A stretch of DNA of 64,000 nt from Mobula hypostoma (GCF_963921235.1 NC_086109.1:30320001-30384000), one strand, 5' to 3'; counted from the stretch's first letter, positions 12,896-25,975 are shown. The notes: a model not told the origin generated them from the sequence alone. Program-made: numbers and translations.

Positions 12896-13829
12896 AATAG
12901 CCCAGTCCAGACATTGGTCTAACAACCCCTTTATAAACACAATAGGAATTTACTGCTAATTAACTTTTCGTTACTGAAAACTAGCTGCTTAAAACATTAG
13001 ATTAATTTCCTCCAGATAGTCTGTCTTAAAAATGTGTTTTTTAAAATTTTTCCTACCTTTCTTTTCTCTTCCTTCTGCTCCTTTTCCTTCTTAATCCAAT
13101 CTTTCCTACCTCTCTTTATTTTTCCTTCTATTTCCATTGTGATAAGTTCTCATTTACAGCTTCATTCCTGCTGCTGATTATTTCTTCGTCCTTCAGTCCT
13201 AATGGTCAAGAAGATACATCTAACTATTAATACATAATACTTGATCTTACATGATTGCAAGATATGCCACAATAGCTATAATATTTTGATGGCATGTTGC
13301 AGGAAGTTGTGACACAATTGTGATGGTGTTCAACAAGCATTTTTACAAAGTGTTTTGCTATTTAATTCCATAAATTTCCTAGTTCTCATTATCTTAACAA
13401 TTTCAAAGGACTAACAATAATTTCAGATACTTTAATAAATTAAAATTGCTGTTAAGTGTCAGAGGCAGCAAAAATTTATTCTGATGGGAACTAGTCATTC
13501 TTCCTCATGGACATCTGTGATGGAGGTAAGACAGCCTGCTCTAATGTGAATTTAACGTACTTGTGTACCCTGAACAGTAAATATCAAAGTTGAGGAATAC
13601 AAGGCTATCAGGCTATCAGCTGTGATCCACTATTCTCTTACTGAGCTGTGGAACAGTTTCAAGAACCAACTGACCTGCTCCTATTCATGTTCCTTATATT
13701 GTTGTGTGAACAAAATATTGAAGGCTTCCTATATCCCAGTAAAGTCATGAGTGCATCCAAAAACAACATTGTGTACAGCCATGAATTATTTCACAAGATA
13801 CATTAGTAAGAAAGCCCCGCACACAATAC

Positions 13830-15876
13830 CAAAATTAGGAGGTGATTGTGAGAGGCAGAGAACGTCTACGGGATTGCTTTGAGTTGGTGGGCTGGCCAAG
13901 TTCAAGGACTCATCAGAGGATCTGAGTGAATACACCACCATTGTCATAGACTTTATAAAAACAGTCATAGACGCGTGTGTCCCCGCAAAATCATTCAGAG
14001 TCTTCCCCAACCTTGGATGAAGCAAGCGATCTGCAATCTGCTGAAGGCCAGATCAGAGGCATTCAGGTTTGGCGGCCGAGTAAGATACAGAAGGTCCAGA
14101 CACCATCTCTGGAGAGCCATCTCTTACAGACCAAACTGGAATCACTGAAGGATGCTCAACGGCTATAGCAGGCTTGAATGCTCTACATCCTACAAAGTGA
14201 AACCAAGTAACATAGGTGACAAAAGCCTTCGCACCCAGGTGAGCTCAATGCCTTCTATGCTTGCTTTGACTGTCAAAACATGGAGAAACCATCAAGAACT
14301 CCCACCGTCCCCGATGGCCCTGTGATTTCAGTTCCTGAGGCCAAGGTGAGAGCATCTTTCAGGAGGGTGAACCCATGGAAAATATCCAGCCCAGATCTTT
14401 AACCTCTCGCTTCAGCATTCTGATGTACCCACCTACTTCAAGCAGGCTTCAATTATACTGGTGCCTAAGAAGAATGTGGTAACCAGCCTCAATGACTGCC
14501 ATCCAGTAGCACCTACACCCACCTTGTTGAAGTACTTTGAGAGGTTGGCGATGAAACATGTCAACTCCTGCCTGAGAAACAACTTGGATCTGCTCCAACA
14601 TGCCTATTGGTGCAACAGGTCCACAACAGGTGCCATTTCATTGGCTCTTCACTCAAACCTGGAACGTTTGGACAGCAAAGGCGCATACATCGGGATGCTC
14701 TTTATCAACTACAGTTCGACATTCAAAATCATCATTCTCTCAAAACTAATCAATAAGATTTAAGACCTTGGTTTAATACCTCCTTGTGTAATTGGATCCT
14801 CAATTTCCTCACCACCTACAGACCCCAGTCTGTTTGGATTGGCAATAACATCACTTCCACAATCTTCATCAGCACAAGGCTATGTACTTTGTACTTACCC
14901 CTACCCTTTACACTTATGATTGTGTGGCTAAGCACAGCTCCAGTGCCATATTTATGTTTGCTAACACTGTTGTTGGCCAAATCGAAGGTGGTGACAAATT
15001 GGCATATGTGACAGAGATTGAAAGTCTGGAGGAGTGGTCAAACAACAACAACCTCTCACTCAATATCAGCCAAGACCAAAGAGCTGATTATTGACCATGA
15101 GGAGGAAACCAGAGGTCCATGAAATTCACTGGGGGTTCATAGGTGGAGAGAGTCGGTAACTTAAATTCCTCGGTGTTATCATTTCCAATGATCTGTCCTA
15201 GGCCAAGCACGTAAACGCACGTGAAGAAAGTACAGCAGTGCCTCCACTTCCTCAGAAGCATGCAAAGATTTGGCATGACATCTAAAAGTTTGACAAACTT
15301 CTATAGATGTGTTGTGGAGAGTATCTTGACTGGTTGCATCATGGCCTGGTATGGAAGCACCAATGAATGAAAAAGCCGACAAAAACTAGCAGTTATGGTC
15401 CAGTCCAACATGAGTAAAGCCCTCCCCACCATTGAGCACGTCTACATGGATCGCTATCACAGGAAAGCAGCATCTATTATCAAGGACCCCCACCATGCAA
15501 GCCATGCTCTCTTCTCACTGTTACCATCAGAAAGAAGGTACAGGAACTCAGGACACACACCACCAGGTTAAGAAACATTTATCAACCCTTAACCATAGGG
15601 CTCTTGAACCAGAGGGGATCACGTCACTTGCCCCATCACTGAACTGTATTCACAATCTATAGACTGGCTTTCAAAGATTCTTCATTTCATCTTCTTGATA
15701 TTTATTGCTTGCTTGCTTACCTATTTATTTATTTATTTGCTTATTTATTAATTATTAATTTTTTCTTTACACTTGCATGGTTTGTTGTCTTTTGCACACT
15801 GGTTCATTGTCTGTTCTGTTGGGTTCCGGTCTTTCATTGATTCTATTACGTTTCTTGGGTTTACTGAGTGTGCTGC
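13830..15876 (+). mobile_element. Rex1/Babar LINE, degenerate ORF2 including RT
   Basis: PKKNVVTSLNDCHPVAPTPTLLKYFERL...MLFINYSSTF (14461..14763), CNWILNFL, LYTYDCVA...FAN, ESILTGCIMAWYG; many frameshifts. Confidence 0.92.
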
Positions 15877-16460
15877 AAATACTATGCAGAAGGCTTAGGC
15901 ACGTATAAAAGCTGGGGTGCCTAAGTCCTTTGCACAGTACTGTAGTAATTTTATGTATTGCACTGCACTGCTGCTGCTGCAAAAAAAGTTCATGTTGTAT
16001 GTGAATGACGACAAGCCTGATTCTGATATGGGTCTCTGTTGTGGGCTGAGAGGAAGGGGGCAGTGACAGGAGAATCACGGTCGGGAAAAGGGGACGGAAG
16101 ATTGGAGGGAGCAGGAAGCACCAGGGAGACGTTCTGCAATGATCAATAAACCAATAGTGAGGAATCAAACAACAGGAATTCTGCAGATGCTGGAAATTCA
16201 AGGAACATACATCAAAGTTGCTGGTGAACGCAGCAGGAATCAAATGACTTTACCCGGTGACTCGGGTGGATGTGTCTGAACCCACACTGCCCCCGCCCCG
16301 ACCCTCCTCCTCTGCTATCTGTCCCACACCCCTACTGTGGCACTCCACTCTTGCCATTCCCAGCATCCTTTGCTCCTGTTAGATATACAAACTTGCTCTC
16401 CACTTTACGTTGACAAATACAGTACTGTGCATAAGTCTTAGGCAACCAAGCTATACTATA
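15877..16460 (+). mobile_element. Composite non-autonomous element bounded by Tc1-like TIR mini-hairpins
   Basis: Hairpin at 15877-15942 (ATACTATGCAGAAGGCTTAGGCAC...GTGCCTAAGTCCTTTGCACAGTACTG then TA); a second TA-CAGTACTGTGCATAAGTCTTAGGCA at about 16418; the interior contains a Rex-type 3' tail (AAGCCTGATTCTGAT). Confidence 0.65.
16170..16234 (-). mobile_element. 65-bp PLE terminal fragment with 10-bp target-site duplication
   Basis: AGGAATCAAA at 16160-16169 and 16235-16244; the insert matches the reverse complement of the end of the 43771-44116 element (AACATACATCAAAGTTGCTGGTGAACGCAGC). Confidence 0.85.
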
Positions 16461-16834
16461 CAAATAGCTTGACTTAAGTCTGAGAATATTGTTGTTGATT
16501 CATTCCTAAAACAGCAAGCATCCAAATTTATCGGGCTTCAAATCTCCCTTTCATTTTACCCAGTAAGCCTGTGTTTAAATGCTGTCGCTACATTAGTATG
16601 TACCCAAAATGTGAGCAAGTATAAACATAAAATCTCAGATCTACCTCTTCTGTTTAAATAATTGGTTTCTTCTGAGCTTTGAAAGAGCAAGGTCAATATA
16701 GTCCATTTGTCGAGCTAATATGATTTCCACTACAAAGACAAGGTATTCAGATGTCTATGCTGTACTTTTGATATCAGCTTCCTTTTTATCCCCGTCTCCT
16801 TCGTGAATGTAGAGTTCTACAGCAGACCCTTTTT

Positions 16835-17000
16835 CACCTGCACTTCAGTAGTCTATGCACTTTCTTCTGCATTGTTATTGTTTTACATTATTTTAGCTCA
16901 GTACACCATGTAATGATTTGATCTGTATTAATAGCATGCATGACAAGCTTTTCACTGTGTCTTGGTACACGTGACAATAATAAATCAACAGCAATATCAA
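16835..17000 (+). mobile_element. Rex1/Babar-type 3' tail
   Basis: AAGCTTTTCACTGTGTCTTGGTACACGTGACAATAATAAA, shared with other copies in the window (53090-53140; reverse at 44130-44180). Confidence 0.7.
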
Positions 17001-17430
17001 ATAATATCTGAAATGAAAGTTGTTGTGAGAAATCTAATGTTGAATCCATGAAGACTGAAAAATATTCAGCTTTTTGCGATTCTCCCAATGATTTTAAACT
17101 TCCTGCTCCATCAAGTTGATAGCATTTTTGAGATGTAGTCAATGCAGATGTTGCCTTCCATGAGGAATTTAATAAATACTTCTCCAGTACTGACTTTCAG
17201 ATTGAACTTGACATCTTAAGTCTTCATGGCTGCTTGTTGTTTCTGTGCCAGTAAACTGTTCTGATAGGTGATCAGGGTGTTTCCAAATATCAAATTCATT
17301 GATAAATGCACTTTGATAGAACTTTGCAGGGAAAACAACATCTAGATTTATGGATGTAATATGTCAATGTACAACTGATAAGAAAACAGATCATCTGACA
17401 CCATGCATACCTTCCTTTCAACACCTGGAC
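17000..17430 (-). mobile_element. Ancient hAT transposase relic (TTF zinc finger plus DUF4371-like, ZMYM1-like)
   Basis: Collinear minus-strand peptides in shifting frames: CCFPCKV, QSAFINEFDIWKHPDHLSE, QVQSESQYWRSI..IKFL, INLMEQEV, KAEYFSVFMDSTLDFSQQLSF (compare hAT KAKYFSIIVDSTPDISHxDQLS). Confidence 0.7.
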
Positions 17431-17721
17431 AGAACATTCCTGTTGTAATAATAGCTGAATCCATAGTAATCCAAAAACTCCTGAAGCTCTTACCCATGTT
17501 ACTCTATAAAGCATTAACTACTGTTAAATGGCAATGTTAAATTGTGTTTGCTTCATCTGCAGAACAGAGTCCTGATTTGTCCATTCTGTACTATTTGTGA
17601 TCTGCTTCTAGTCTTCACATTGATATCCTACATAGTCAGACTCACCATTGATCAAACTAGTGCTTGTAATCTCTGTGCTCAAGATTTCTTGTGTTTTCTC
17701 TCTCATTGAATGGACAGTATG

Positions 17722-17843
17722 TCTAAGGTTGTGATCTCAGGATTGTTAACCCTGCTGCATGCTGGTGAGGCCAGAAATAAGATCATACAGTTCAACACGT
17801 CACTAAGGAAAGAGTGCAGAGGGAAGGGCTTAATATTTTTGGA
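17722..17843 (+). mobile_element. CR1 ORF1 (esterase-like) fragment; continues at 21215
   Basis: KVVISGLL...AGEARNK..IQFNTSLRKECRGKGLIFL matches the CR1 ORF1 SGNH-esterase region; the next motifs (H.ARFQ...LYIRDGLQLN) start at about 21215. Confidence 0.75.
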
Positions 17844-18489
17844 GAAAGGGTAAGATGCAGGAACATAAACCAGTCCTCATCGAGGGATCAGAAGTGCAAT
17901 CAGTGAGCAATTTTAAGTTCCTGGGTGTCAATATCTCTGAGGACTTAACCCGGATGCAACACATTCATGCAGCTATAAAGAAGGCGAGATAGCAACTATA
18001 TTTCATTAGGAGTTTGAGGAGATTTTCTTTGTTAACTAAAACACTTGGAAACTTCTACAAGTATACCATGGAGAGCAGTCTGATGGGCTGCTTCACTGTC
18101 TGGTATGGGACGGTGGGGGGAGGGGGGGGGTGGCTACTGCACAAGATCGAAGTAAGTTGCAGAAACTTTTAAAATGAGCCAGCTCCATCATGGGTACCAG
18201 CCTCCATAGCATCCAAGGAGCAGTACATTAGGAAGGCGGTGTGTATCATAAAGGATCCCCACCACCCAGGACATGCCTTCTTCATACTGTTACCATCAGG
18301 TACAGACACTCAATGATTGAGGAACAGCTTCTTCCCCTCTGTCATCTGATTTCTAAATTGATATTGAACCTATGAACACCACCTTAGTACTTCCTTATTT
18401 CTGTTATTTTTGCACTACCTATTTAATAGGCATATATCAACTTAAAGTAACTTGGTTTTTCTCTATATTTATTTATCATGTATTGCATT
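17844..18489 (+). mobile_element. Rex1/Babar LINE fragment (tail resumes 21147-21216)
   Basis: NFKFLGVNISEDL, LYFIRSLRRF, ESSLMGCFTVWYG. The tail ATTGTACTACTGCTG...AAACCTGATTCTGATTC lies beyond the nested CR1. Confidence 0.85.
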
Positions 18490-21146
18490 ATAACCATATA
18501 ACAATTACAGCACAGAAATAGGCCATCTTGGCCCTTCTAGTCCATGCCGAACGTTTACTCTCACCTAGTCCCATCTACCTGCACTCAGCCCATAACCCTC
18601 CATTCCTTTCCTATCCATATACCTATCCAATTTTTTTTTTAGATGACAAAATTGAACCTGCCTCTACCACTCCTACTGGAAGCTCATTCCACACAGTTAC
18701 CACTCTCTGAGTGAAGTTCCCGCTGGTGTTACCCCTAAACTTTTGCCCCTTAACTCTCAACTCATGTCCTCTTGTTTGAATCTCCCCTACTCTCAATGGA
18801 AAAAGCCTATCCACGTCAACTCTATCTATCCCCCTCATAATCTTAAGTACCTCTATCAAGTCCCCCCTCAATCTTCTAAGCTCCGAAGAATAAAGACCTA
18901 ACTTGTTCAACCTTTCGCTGTAACTTAGATGCTGAAACCCGGGTAACATTCTAGTAAATCTCCTCTGTACTCTCTCTATTTTGTTGACATCTTTCCTATA
19001 ATTTGGTGACCAGAACTGTACACAATACTCCAAATTTGGCCTCACCAATGCCTCGTACAATTTTAACATTATATCCCAACTCCTATACCCAATGCTCTGA
19101 TTTATAAATGCCAGCATACCAAAAGCTTTCTTCACCACCCTATCCACATGAGATTCCACCTTCAGGGAACTATATGCACCATTATTCCTAGATCCCTCTG
19201 TTCTACTGTATTCCTCAATGCCCAACCATTTACCATGTATGTCCTATTTTGATTAGTCCTACCAAAATGTAGCACCTCACGTTTATCAGCATTCAACTCC
19301 ATCTGCCATCCTTCAGCCCACTCTTCTAACTGGCCTAAATCTCTCTGCAAGCTTTGAAAACCTATCTCATCATCCACAACGCCACCTATCTTAATATCAC
19401 TTGCATACTTACTAATCCAATTTACCACCCCCTCATCCAGATTATTAATGTATATGACAAACAACATTGGACCCAGTACAGATCCCTGAGGCACACCACT
19501 AGTCACTGGCTTCCAACCTGACCAACAGTTATCCACCACTTCTCTCTGGCATCTCCCATCCAGCCACTGTAGTATCCATTTTACTACTTCAATATTAATA
19601 CCTAACGATTGAACCTTCCTAACTAACCTTCCGTGTGGAACCTTGTCAAAGAGCTTACTGAAGTCCATATAGACAACATCCACCGCTTTACCCTCATCAA
19701 TTTTCCTAGTAACTTCTTCAAAAAATTCAATAAGATTTGTCAAACATGACGTTCCACGCACAAATCCATGTTGACTGTTCCAAATCAGACCCTGTCTATC
19801 CAGATAATTATATATACTATCTCTAAGAATACTTTCCATTAATTTACCCACCACTGACATCAAACTTGCAGGCCGATAATTGCTAGGTTTACTCTTAGAA
19901 CCCTTTTTAAACAATGGAACCACATGAGCAGTACGCCAATCCTCCGGCACCATCCCTGTTTCTAATGACATTTGAAATATTTGTGTTAGAACTCCTGCTA
20001 TTTCTACACTAACTTCCCTCAAGGTTGTAGGGAATATCCTGTCAGGACCCAGAGACTTATCAACTTTTATATTCCTTAAAAGTGCCAGTACTTCCTCTTC
20101 TTTAATCATCATAGCTTCCATAACTACCCTACTTGTTTCCCTTACCTTACACAATTCAATATCCTTCTCCTTAGTGAATACCGAAGAAAAGAAATTGTTC
20201 AAAATCTCCCCCCTCTCTTTTGGCTCTGCATATAGCCGTCCACCCTGATTCTCTAAGAGACCAATTTTATCCCTCACTATCCTTTTGGTATTAATACAAC
20301 TGTAGAAACCCTTTGGATTTACTTTCACCTTACTTGCCAAAGCAACCTCATATCTTCTTTTAGCTTTTCTGATTTCTTTCTTAAGATTCTTTTTGCATTC
20401 TTTATATTCCTCGAGCACCTCATTTACTCCAAGCTGCCTTTATTTATTGTAGATCTCTCTCTTCCTCTGAACCAAGTTTCCAATATCCCTTGAAAACCAT
20501 GGCTCTCTCAAACTTTTAACCTTTCCTTTCAACCTAACAGGAACCTAAAGATTCTGTACCCTCAAACTTTCATCTTTAAATGACCTCCATTTCTCTATTA
20601 CATCCTTTCCATAAAACAAATTGTCTCAATCCAGTCCTTCTAAATCCTTACGCATCTCCTCAAAGTTAGCCTTTCTCCAATCAAAAATCTCAACCCTGGG
20701 TCCAGTCCTATCCTTCTCCATAATTATATTGAAACTAATGGCATCACTGGACCCGAAATGCTCCCCGACACATACCTCTGTCACCTGACCTACCTCATTC
20801 CCTAACAGGAGATCCAACACTGCCCCTTCTCTAGTTGGTACCTTTATGTATTGCTGCAAAAAACTATCCTGCACATATTTTACAAACTCCAAACCATCCA
20901 GCCCTTTTACAGAATGGGCTTCCCAGTCTATGCGTGGAAAATTAAAATCTCCCACAATCACAACCTTGAGATAATACAAATATCTACTATCTCCTTACAA
21001 ATTTGCTCCTCCAATTCTTGCTCCCCATTAGGTGGTCTATAATACACCCCTATAAGCATTACTACATCTTTCCCATTCCTCAATTCCACCCAAATAGCCT
21101 CCCTAGATGAGCCCTCTAACCTATCCTGCCAAAGCACCGCTGTAAT
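18490..21146 (-). mobile_element. Young CR1 LINE, most of ORF2 (APE endonuclease C-half plus RT), 5'-truncated and inactive
   Basis: ORFs 20626..20979 (GDFNFP, PTREGAVLDLLL), 19162..20418 (NYRPASL, SQHGF, DFSKLFDKVPH, GVPQGSVLGP, YASDIKIGG) and 18623..19225; tail ATAACCATATAAC. Confidence 0.96.
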
Positions 21147-21214
21147 ATTGTACTACTGCTGTAAAGTTAACAAATTTCACGACATATGCTGGTGATATTA
21201 AACCTGATTCTGAT

Positions 21215-24132
21215 TCATTAGGCTCGCTTCCAGGTCAGGAGTGAACTGTACATAAGAGATGGCTTGCAGCTGAACTAGAGTGGACTAATATCCTAGAGGG
21301 AAGATTTGCTTGTGCTGCATATGGGTGGGGCAGTATTTAAACTAGAGTTGCAAGGGGATAGGAACCAGAGCATCAGAACAGATAGTGGAGGAGCTGTGAA
21401 GAAAAATATTGTTAGGTCTGCATACAAAGTCAGGAATAAAGCGTCGAGCATGGTGGAACTAATGTTTTGACTAGCGTGTATTTCAGTGAAAGGAGTATAG
21501 CAGGAAAGGCGGATGAGATTAGGGTATGGATCTACACATGGAATTATGATGTTATGGGGCAGGGCTGACAGCTCAATGCTCCAGAGTTCCATTGTTTTAG
21601 AGGAGATAGAGTGGAGGGGTTAAAGGAAAAGTGGTGGCATTACTAGTCAGGGAAAATGTAACTGCAGTGCTCAGACCGGACAGACTTGAGAGCTCATCTC
21701 ATGAGGATTTTGGGTAAAACTGAGGAATAAGAAAGGTATGACCACATTAATCAGATTATATTATAGGTGGGATCTTCTAATTCTGACTCATCTTTTTTTT
21801 CTCCAGTCGTGCTGAAAGGGTCTCGGCTCAAAACATCGACTGTACTCCTTTCCGTAGATGCTGCCTGGCCTGCTGAGTTCCTTCAGCATTTTGTGTGTGT
21901 TGCTTGGATTTCCAGCATCTGCAGATTTTCTCATTTGTGATAAAAATGTAATAGTGATTTTAACTTTCCACATATTGACTGGGACTCCTAAACAGTAGAA
22001 GGGCTGGATGGGAAAGAGTTTGTCATATGTGTTCAGGAAAGTTTCTTTAATCAGTACATGCAGTAGAAGTCCCAGCTAGGTAGGTTCGATCTATCAGAGG
22101 ATGAGACAGGACAGATGTCAGAAGCTTGTGTAGTGGAACTCTTTGCATCTAGTGATCATACTGCCATTAGTTTCAAGACAGTTATGGAAAAGTCCTTGAG
22201 TTGCGATTTTAAATTCGAGAAAAGCCAATTTTGAAAGGATCAGGTAAGTGTAGATTGCAGCAGTTTGTTTTGTCTTGCAGAGGTGTACTTATTAAGTTGA
22301 AGGCCTTCAAAAGCAAAATTTTCAGAATGCAGAGTTTGTATGTTCCTATCAGAATGAAAAGCAGGTTTATGGATCCTTGGTTTTCGAGAGTTATTGAGGC
22401 CATGGTTAAGAAAAAGGAGGTACATAGCAGGTATGGACAGAGAGGAACAAATGAAGTACTTGAAAAATATAAGAAATGAAAAATAACATTTAAAGAAGGA
22501 AATCAGGAGGGCTAAAGAAGGCACGAAGTTGCTCTAGCAGACAAGGGAGAATTCTAAGGATTTCTACAGATATATTCATTTCAAAAAGGTAGAAAGGGAT
22601 AAAATTCGTCCTTTGGAAGATCAGAGTAGTTACTTATGCATGGATCCAAAAGAGAAGGGAGAGATGTTAAATGGATTTTTTGCATCTGTATTTATTCAGG
22701 AGACGTACACAGTGTCTATAGATATGAGAAAATGCAGCAACAACTTCATGGACCCCATACAGATTACAGAGGAGATGGTGTTTGCTATCTTGAGACATAT
22801 TAGGGTGGATTAATCCCTAGGACCTGACAAGATGTTCCCTCAGACCCTGTGGAAGGCAAGTGCCGAAATTGCAGGGCCCCTAGCAGAGATATTTACAACA
22901 TCCTTAGCCATAGGTGAGGTACTGGAGGTCTGGAGGATAGCCAATGTCATTCCATTGTTTAAGAAAGGATCTAAGAATAATTATAGGACATGAATAAACA
23001 GAGACTGATTAGAGATAGTCAACATGGCTTTGCGCATGGTAGGTCATATCTAACCAATCTTGTAGAGCTTTTCGAGGAGAAGCCAGAGAGTGGTAGTAGG
23101 TGTTTGCTTCTTTGATTGGAGGCCTGTGACTAGTTCTGTAATGCAGGGATCGGTGCTGGGTCCATTGTTGTTTGTCATCTACATCAATGATCTGGATGAT
23201 AATATGGCAAACTGCATCAGCAAATTTATGGATGACACCAAGACTGGGGATGTAGCGGACAGCAAGGAAGACTATCAACAGTTGCAGCAGGATCTGAGAA
23301 AGGGCACAAAAATGGCAGATGGAATTTAATGCATAAAATTGTGAAGTTTTGCACTTTGGGAGGACCAGTCAGGTAGGTCTTGTATGCTGACTGGTAGAGC
23401 ACTGAGGAGTGCTGTATAATAGAGTGTTCTTGGAATTGAGATCCATAATTCCTTGAAAGTGGTGTCACAGGTAGGTAGGGTCATAAAGAAAGCTTTTGGC
23501 ACATTGGCCTTTTTCAAACAATATTGAATACAGTAGTTAGGATGTTATGTTGAAGTTGTCTGAGACGTTGGTAAGGCCTAATTTGGAGTACTGTGTGAAG
23601 TTTTGGTCACCCACTTACAGGAAATGTGTTAATAAGGTTGAACTAGTTAGTGCAAAGAATATTTACAAGGATGTTGCCAGGACTTGAGGACCTGAGTTAT
23701 AGGGAAAGGTTGAATAGGTTAGAACTTTATTCCCTGGAACATAGAAGATTCAGGGGAGATTTGATGGAGGCATACAAAATTATGAGGGGTATAGATAGGG
23801 TAAATGCATGCTGGCTTTTTCCACTGAGATTGGGTGAGACTACAACTAGAGGTCATGGGTTAAAGGTGAAAGGTGGAATGTTTAAGGGGAACATAAGAGG
23901 AAATTACTTCACTCAGAGGGTGATGAGAGTGTGGAGCAAGCTGCCAGTGCAAGGATTGGATATGGGTTTGATTTCAATATTTAAGAGAAATTTGGATTGG
24001 TGCCTGAGTGGGACGGATTAGAGGGGTATGGTCCAGGTACAGGTCAATAGAACTAGGCAAACTATGGTTTGGCATGGACTAGATGGGCCAAAGTGCTTGG
24101 TTCCGTACTGTAGTGCTCTATAAATCTATGTT
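21215..24132 (+). mobile_element. Older CR1 LINE (ORF1 end, ORF2 with internal deletion, 3' UTR)
   Basis: Degenerate ORF2 pieces 22231..22479, 22613..22813, 23090..23329 (QGSVLGPLLFVIYINDLD..FMDDTK) and 23650..24021; RT deletion at about 23080; tail CTCTATAAATCTATG. Confidence 0.92.
21790..21935 (+). mobile_element. PLE terminal-repeat fragment inserted in CR1
   Basis: GGGTCTCGGCTCAAAACATCGACTG...GATGCTGCCTGGCCTGCTGAGTTCC, homologous to 44030-44100. Confidence 0.8.
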
Positions 24133-25064
24133 CCCATTAAAGCCTGGGCCATTTGCTTCAGATGTTGTTTCAGCATTTCCTGTTAGAGATCCACAACCTT
24201 GCAAGTTGCACAAATTACTAGCCTGCCTTCATGGGGTGGTGATGAGGGTGCTGGCTGGGAGCTGTAGCACCCAGCCTGACCTTTGACTTTAATCTGTTTG
24301 CGCTGGTTACAATGCTAAAACCGATGGTTTATCCAAGGTCTCTGTGTGGAAATCCTCATACAACTACAGCATCACACTTCTTCCTTTTTAGTTTTTTTCT
24401 TATTCAAAGCAACTATGTCCTAGGATGCCTGTTTGGTAAATGGTCAACACCTTTGGCCTTGGGTCAGCTAGTTGGGTCCCAGAGGAAAAAAATGCTTCGT
24501 CAGATCAGTGTTCTATGTCTGCCAGTTTACAGGGCGATTCAATGCAGGCATTTTCTTCATGTCCACTTGTCTACCCAGCACAGAGCCATCTTTGTGTTCC
24601 TTCCTGTCTCACCATTGCACAGACCTGCCTACCCTAGATCTGGCTATCAAGCAATTACCTGCAACCTATCAAATGGTGAAGATTTGTTTTAAATAGCCAT
24701 AGCAAATCAATTGAACAAAGACGTAACAAATTTTTCTAAACAAAATCTGATGCTTTTAGTTAGATCCCATTTGCTCATATCAGGTACCCAGCCTCTAATT
24801 TGGAGGCCCTGTAATATTTAAGGAAGAATATAGCTGCATTTGCTCGGGTGAACCACTGGATTATGATATTTATTTCTGGGTTGAGGGGCTTCTATGAGAA
24901 GAGGGAAAGATTATTTTTTTCTTGTTGAGGCTAAGAAAAAGAGAAAAAGAAAAAGGCTGAGTGTCTGTTTGCTCTAGCCAAAAGCTTTAGAACTCGTAGT
25001 AATGGTCTTAGTGTAAGAAGAAGAGACATTTCTCAGATGGTAATGAATCTTTGAAATTTATTTT

Positions 25065-25358
25065 ATGTTATTTAGAGATAGAACACAGAACAAGCCCTTC
25101 CACCAAACAAACTGTGCCACCCAGCAATCACCTATTTAACCCCTAGCCTCATCACAGGACAATTTACAATGACCAATTAACCTACTAACTGGTACATCTT
25201 TGGACTGTGGGAGAAAACCAGAATACCTGGAGAAAACCCACACACTCACCGGAAGGATATATGTACCTCTTACTGAGAGCATCGAATTAAATTTCAAACT
25301 TCAATGCTCCGGGCTGTAAGAGTGTCACACTAACCACTACCCACTACCATGGTGCCCT
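25065..25358 (-). mobile_element. tRNA-derived SINE with central V-type domain and CR1-like tail (HE1-like)
   Basis: TTTGGACTGTGGGAGAAAACCAGAATACCTGGAGAAAACCCAC core; head ...CACTAACCACTAC...CCATGGTGCC. Confidence 0.75.
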
Positions 25359-25584
25359 AATTTCTGTTGCTTAGCTAGTTCTGCCTAATTTTGCATGTTT
25401 ACAGTCTTTCAACTTTGTTAAACGTTCTCATGTTAAACTTTGTTATTTTGATAAAACTTTGGGTGTTTTTATGTATATGTGATGTGCTTTTCTGTTTTAT
25501 CAAATCTTCTGTACCAATGAATTTCAAGAAGAGACTTAGGAATTCTTCACTATCTAATTAAATAAACCCAACATATTTGATTCT

Positions 25585-25975
25585 TCATCTTTCTTCTTTT
25601 GCCCAATAAGCTGCTGGCATTTCGAGTAGCAATGACGATCCTCCGGCGGCATTCACGGCTTCCTTCATCATGTCAGTAGCTTCCTCGTGGTTTTTTCTCA
25701 TAAAAGTCCTGCGTGCAGACTTGGGAATACCATTACACACAGATATAGAAGGTTTCCGTAACAGATTTGTTTGACCAGTTAGGGTTGGTTACCCTGAGCT
25801 AAACCCCTGAACCCAGAGGAGCGGTAGCTCACTCTTAGTCTGGTCTTGACCTGTTTGGCATGGATGACCATACCAGAGCCAAGGCAGAAAGCCCTGACTC
25901 CAACCAACACAGCTCTCTGGGTCACTGAGGCACGCAAGCATCCAAACCATGACAAGGTTTGTGATCCTCTTGCAG
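25585..25975 (-). mobile_element. Probable RTE-related non-autonomous retroelement
   Basis: Short repeat-like unit with a (TTC)-rich tail and an RTE 5'UTR-like segment; recognised by pattern only. Confidence 0.4.

Noticed and set aside
24083..24696. Cluster of short overlapping ORFs
   Set aside because: No recognisable domain or splice structure; the first begins in a CR1 tail.
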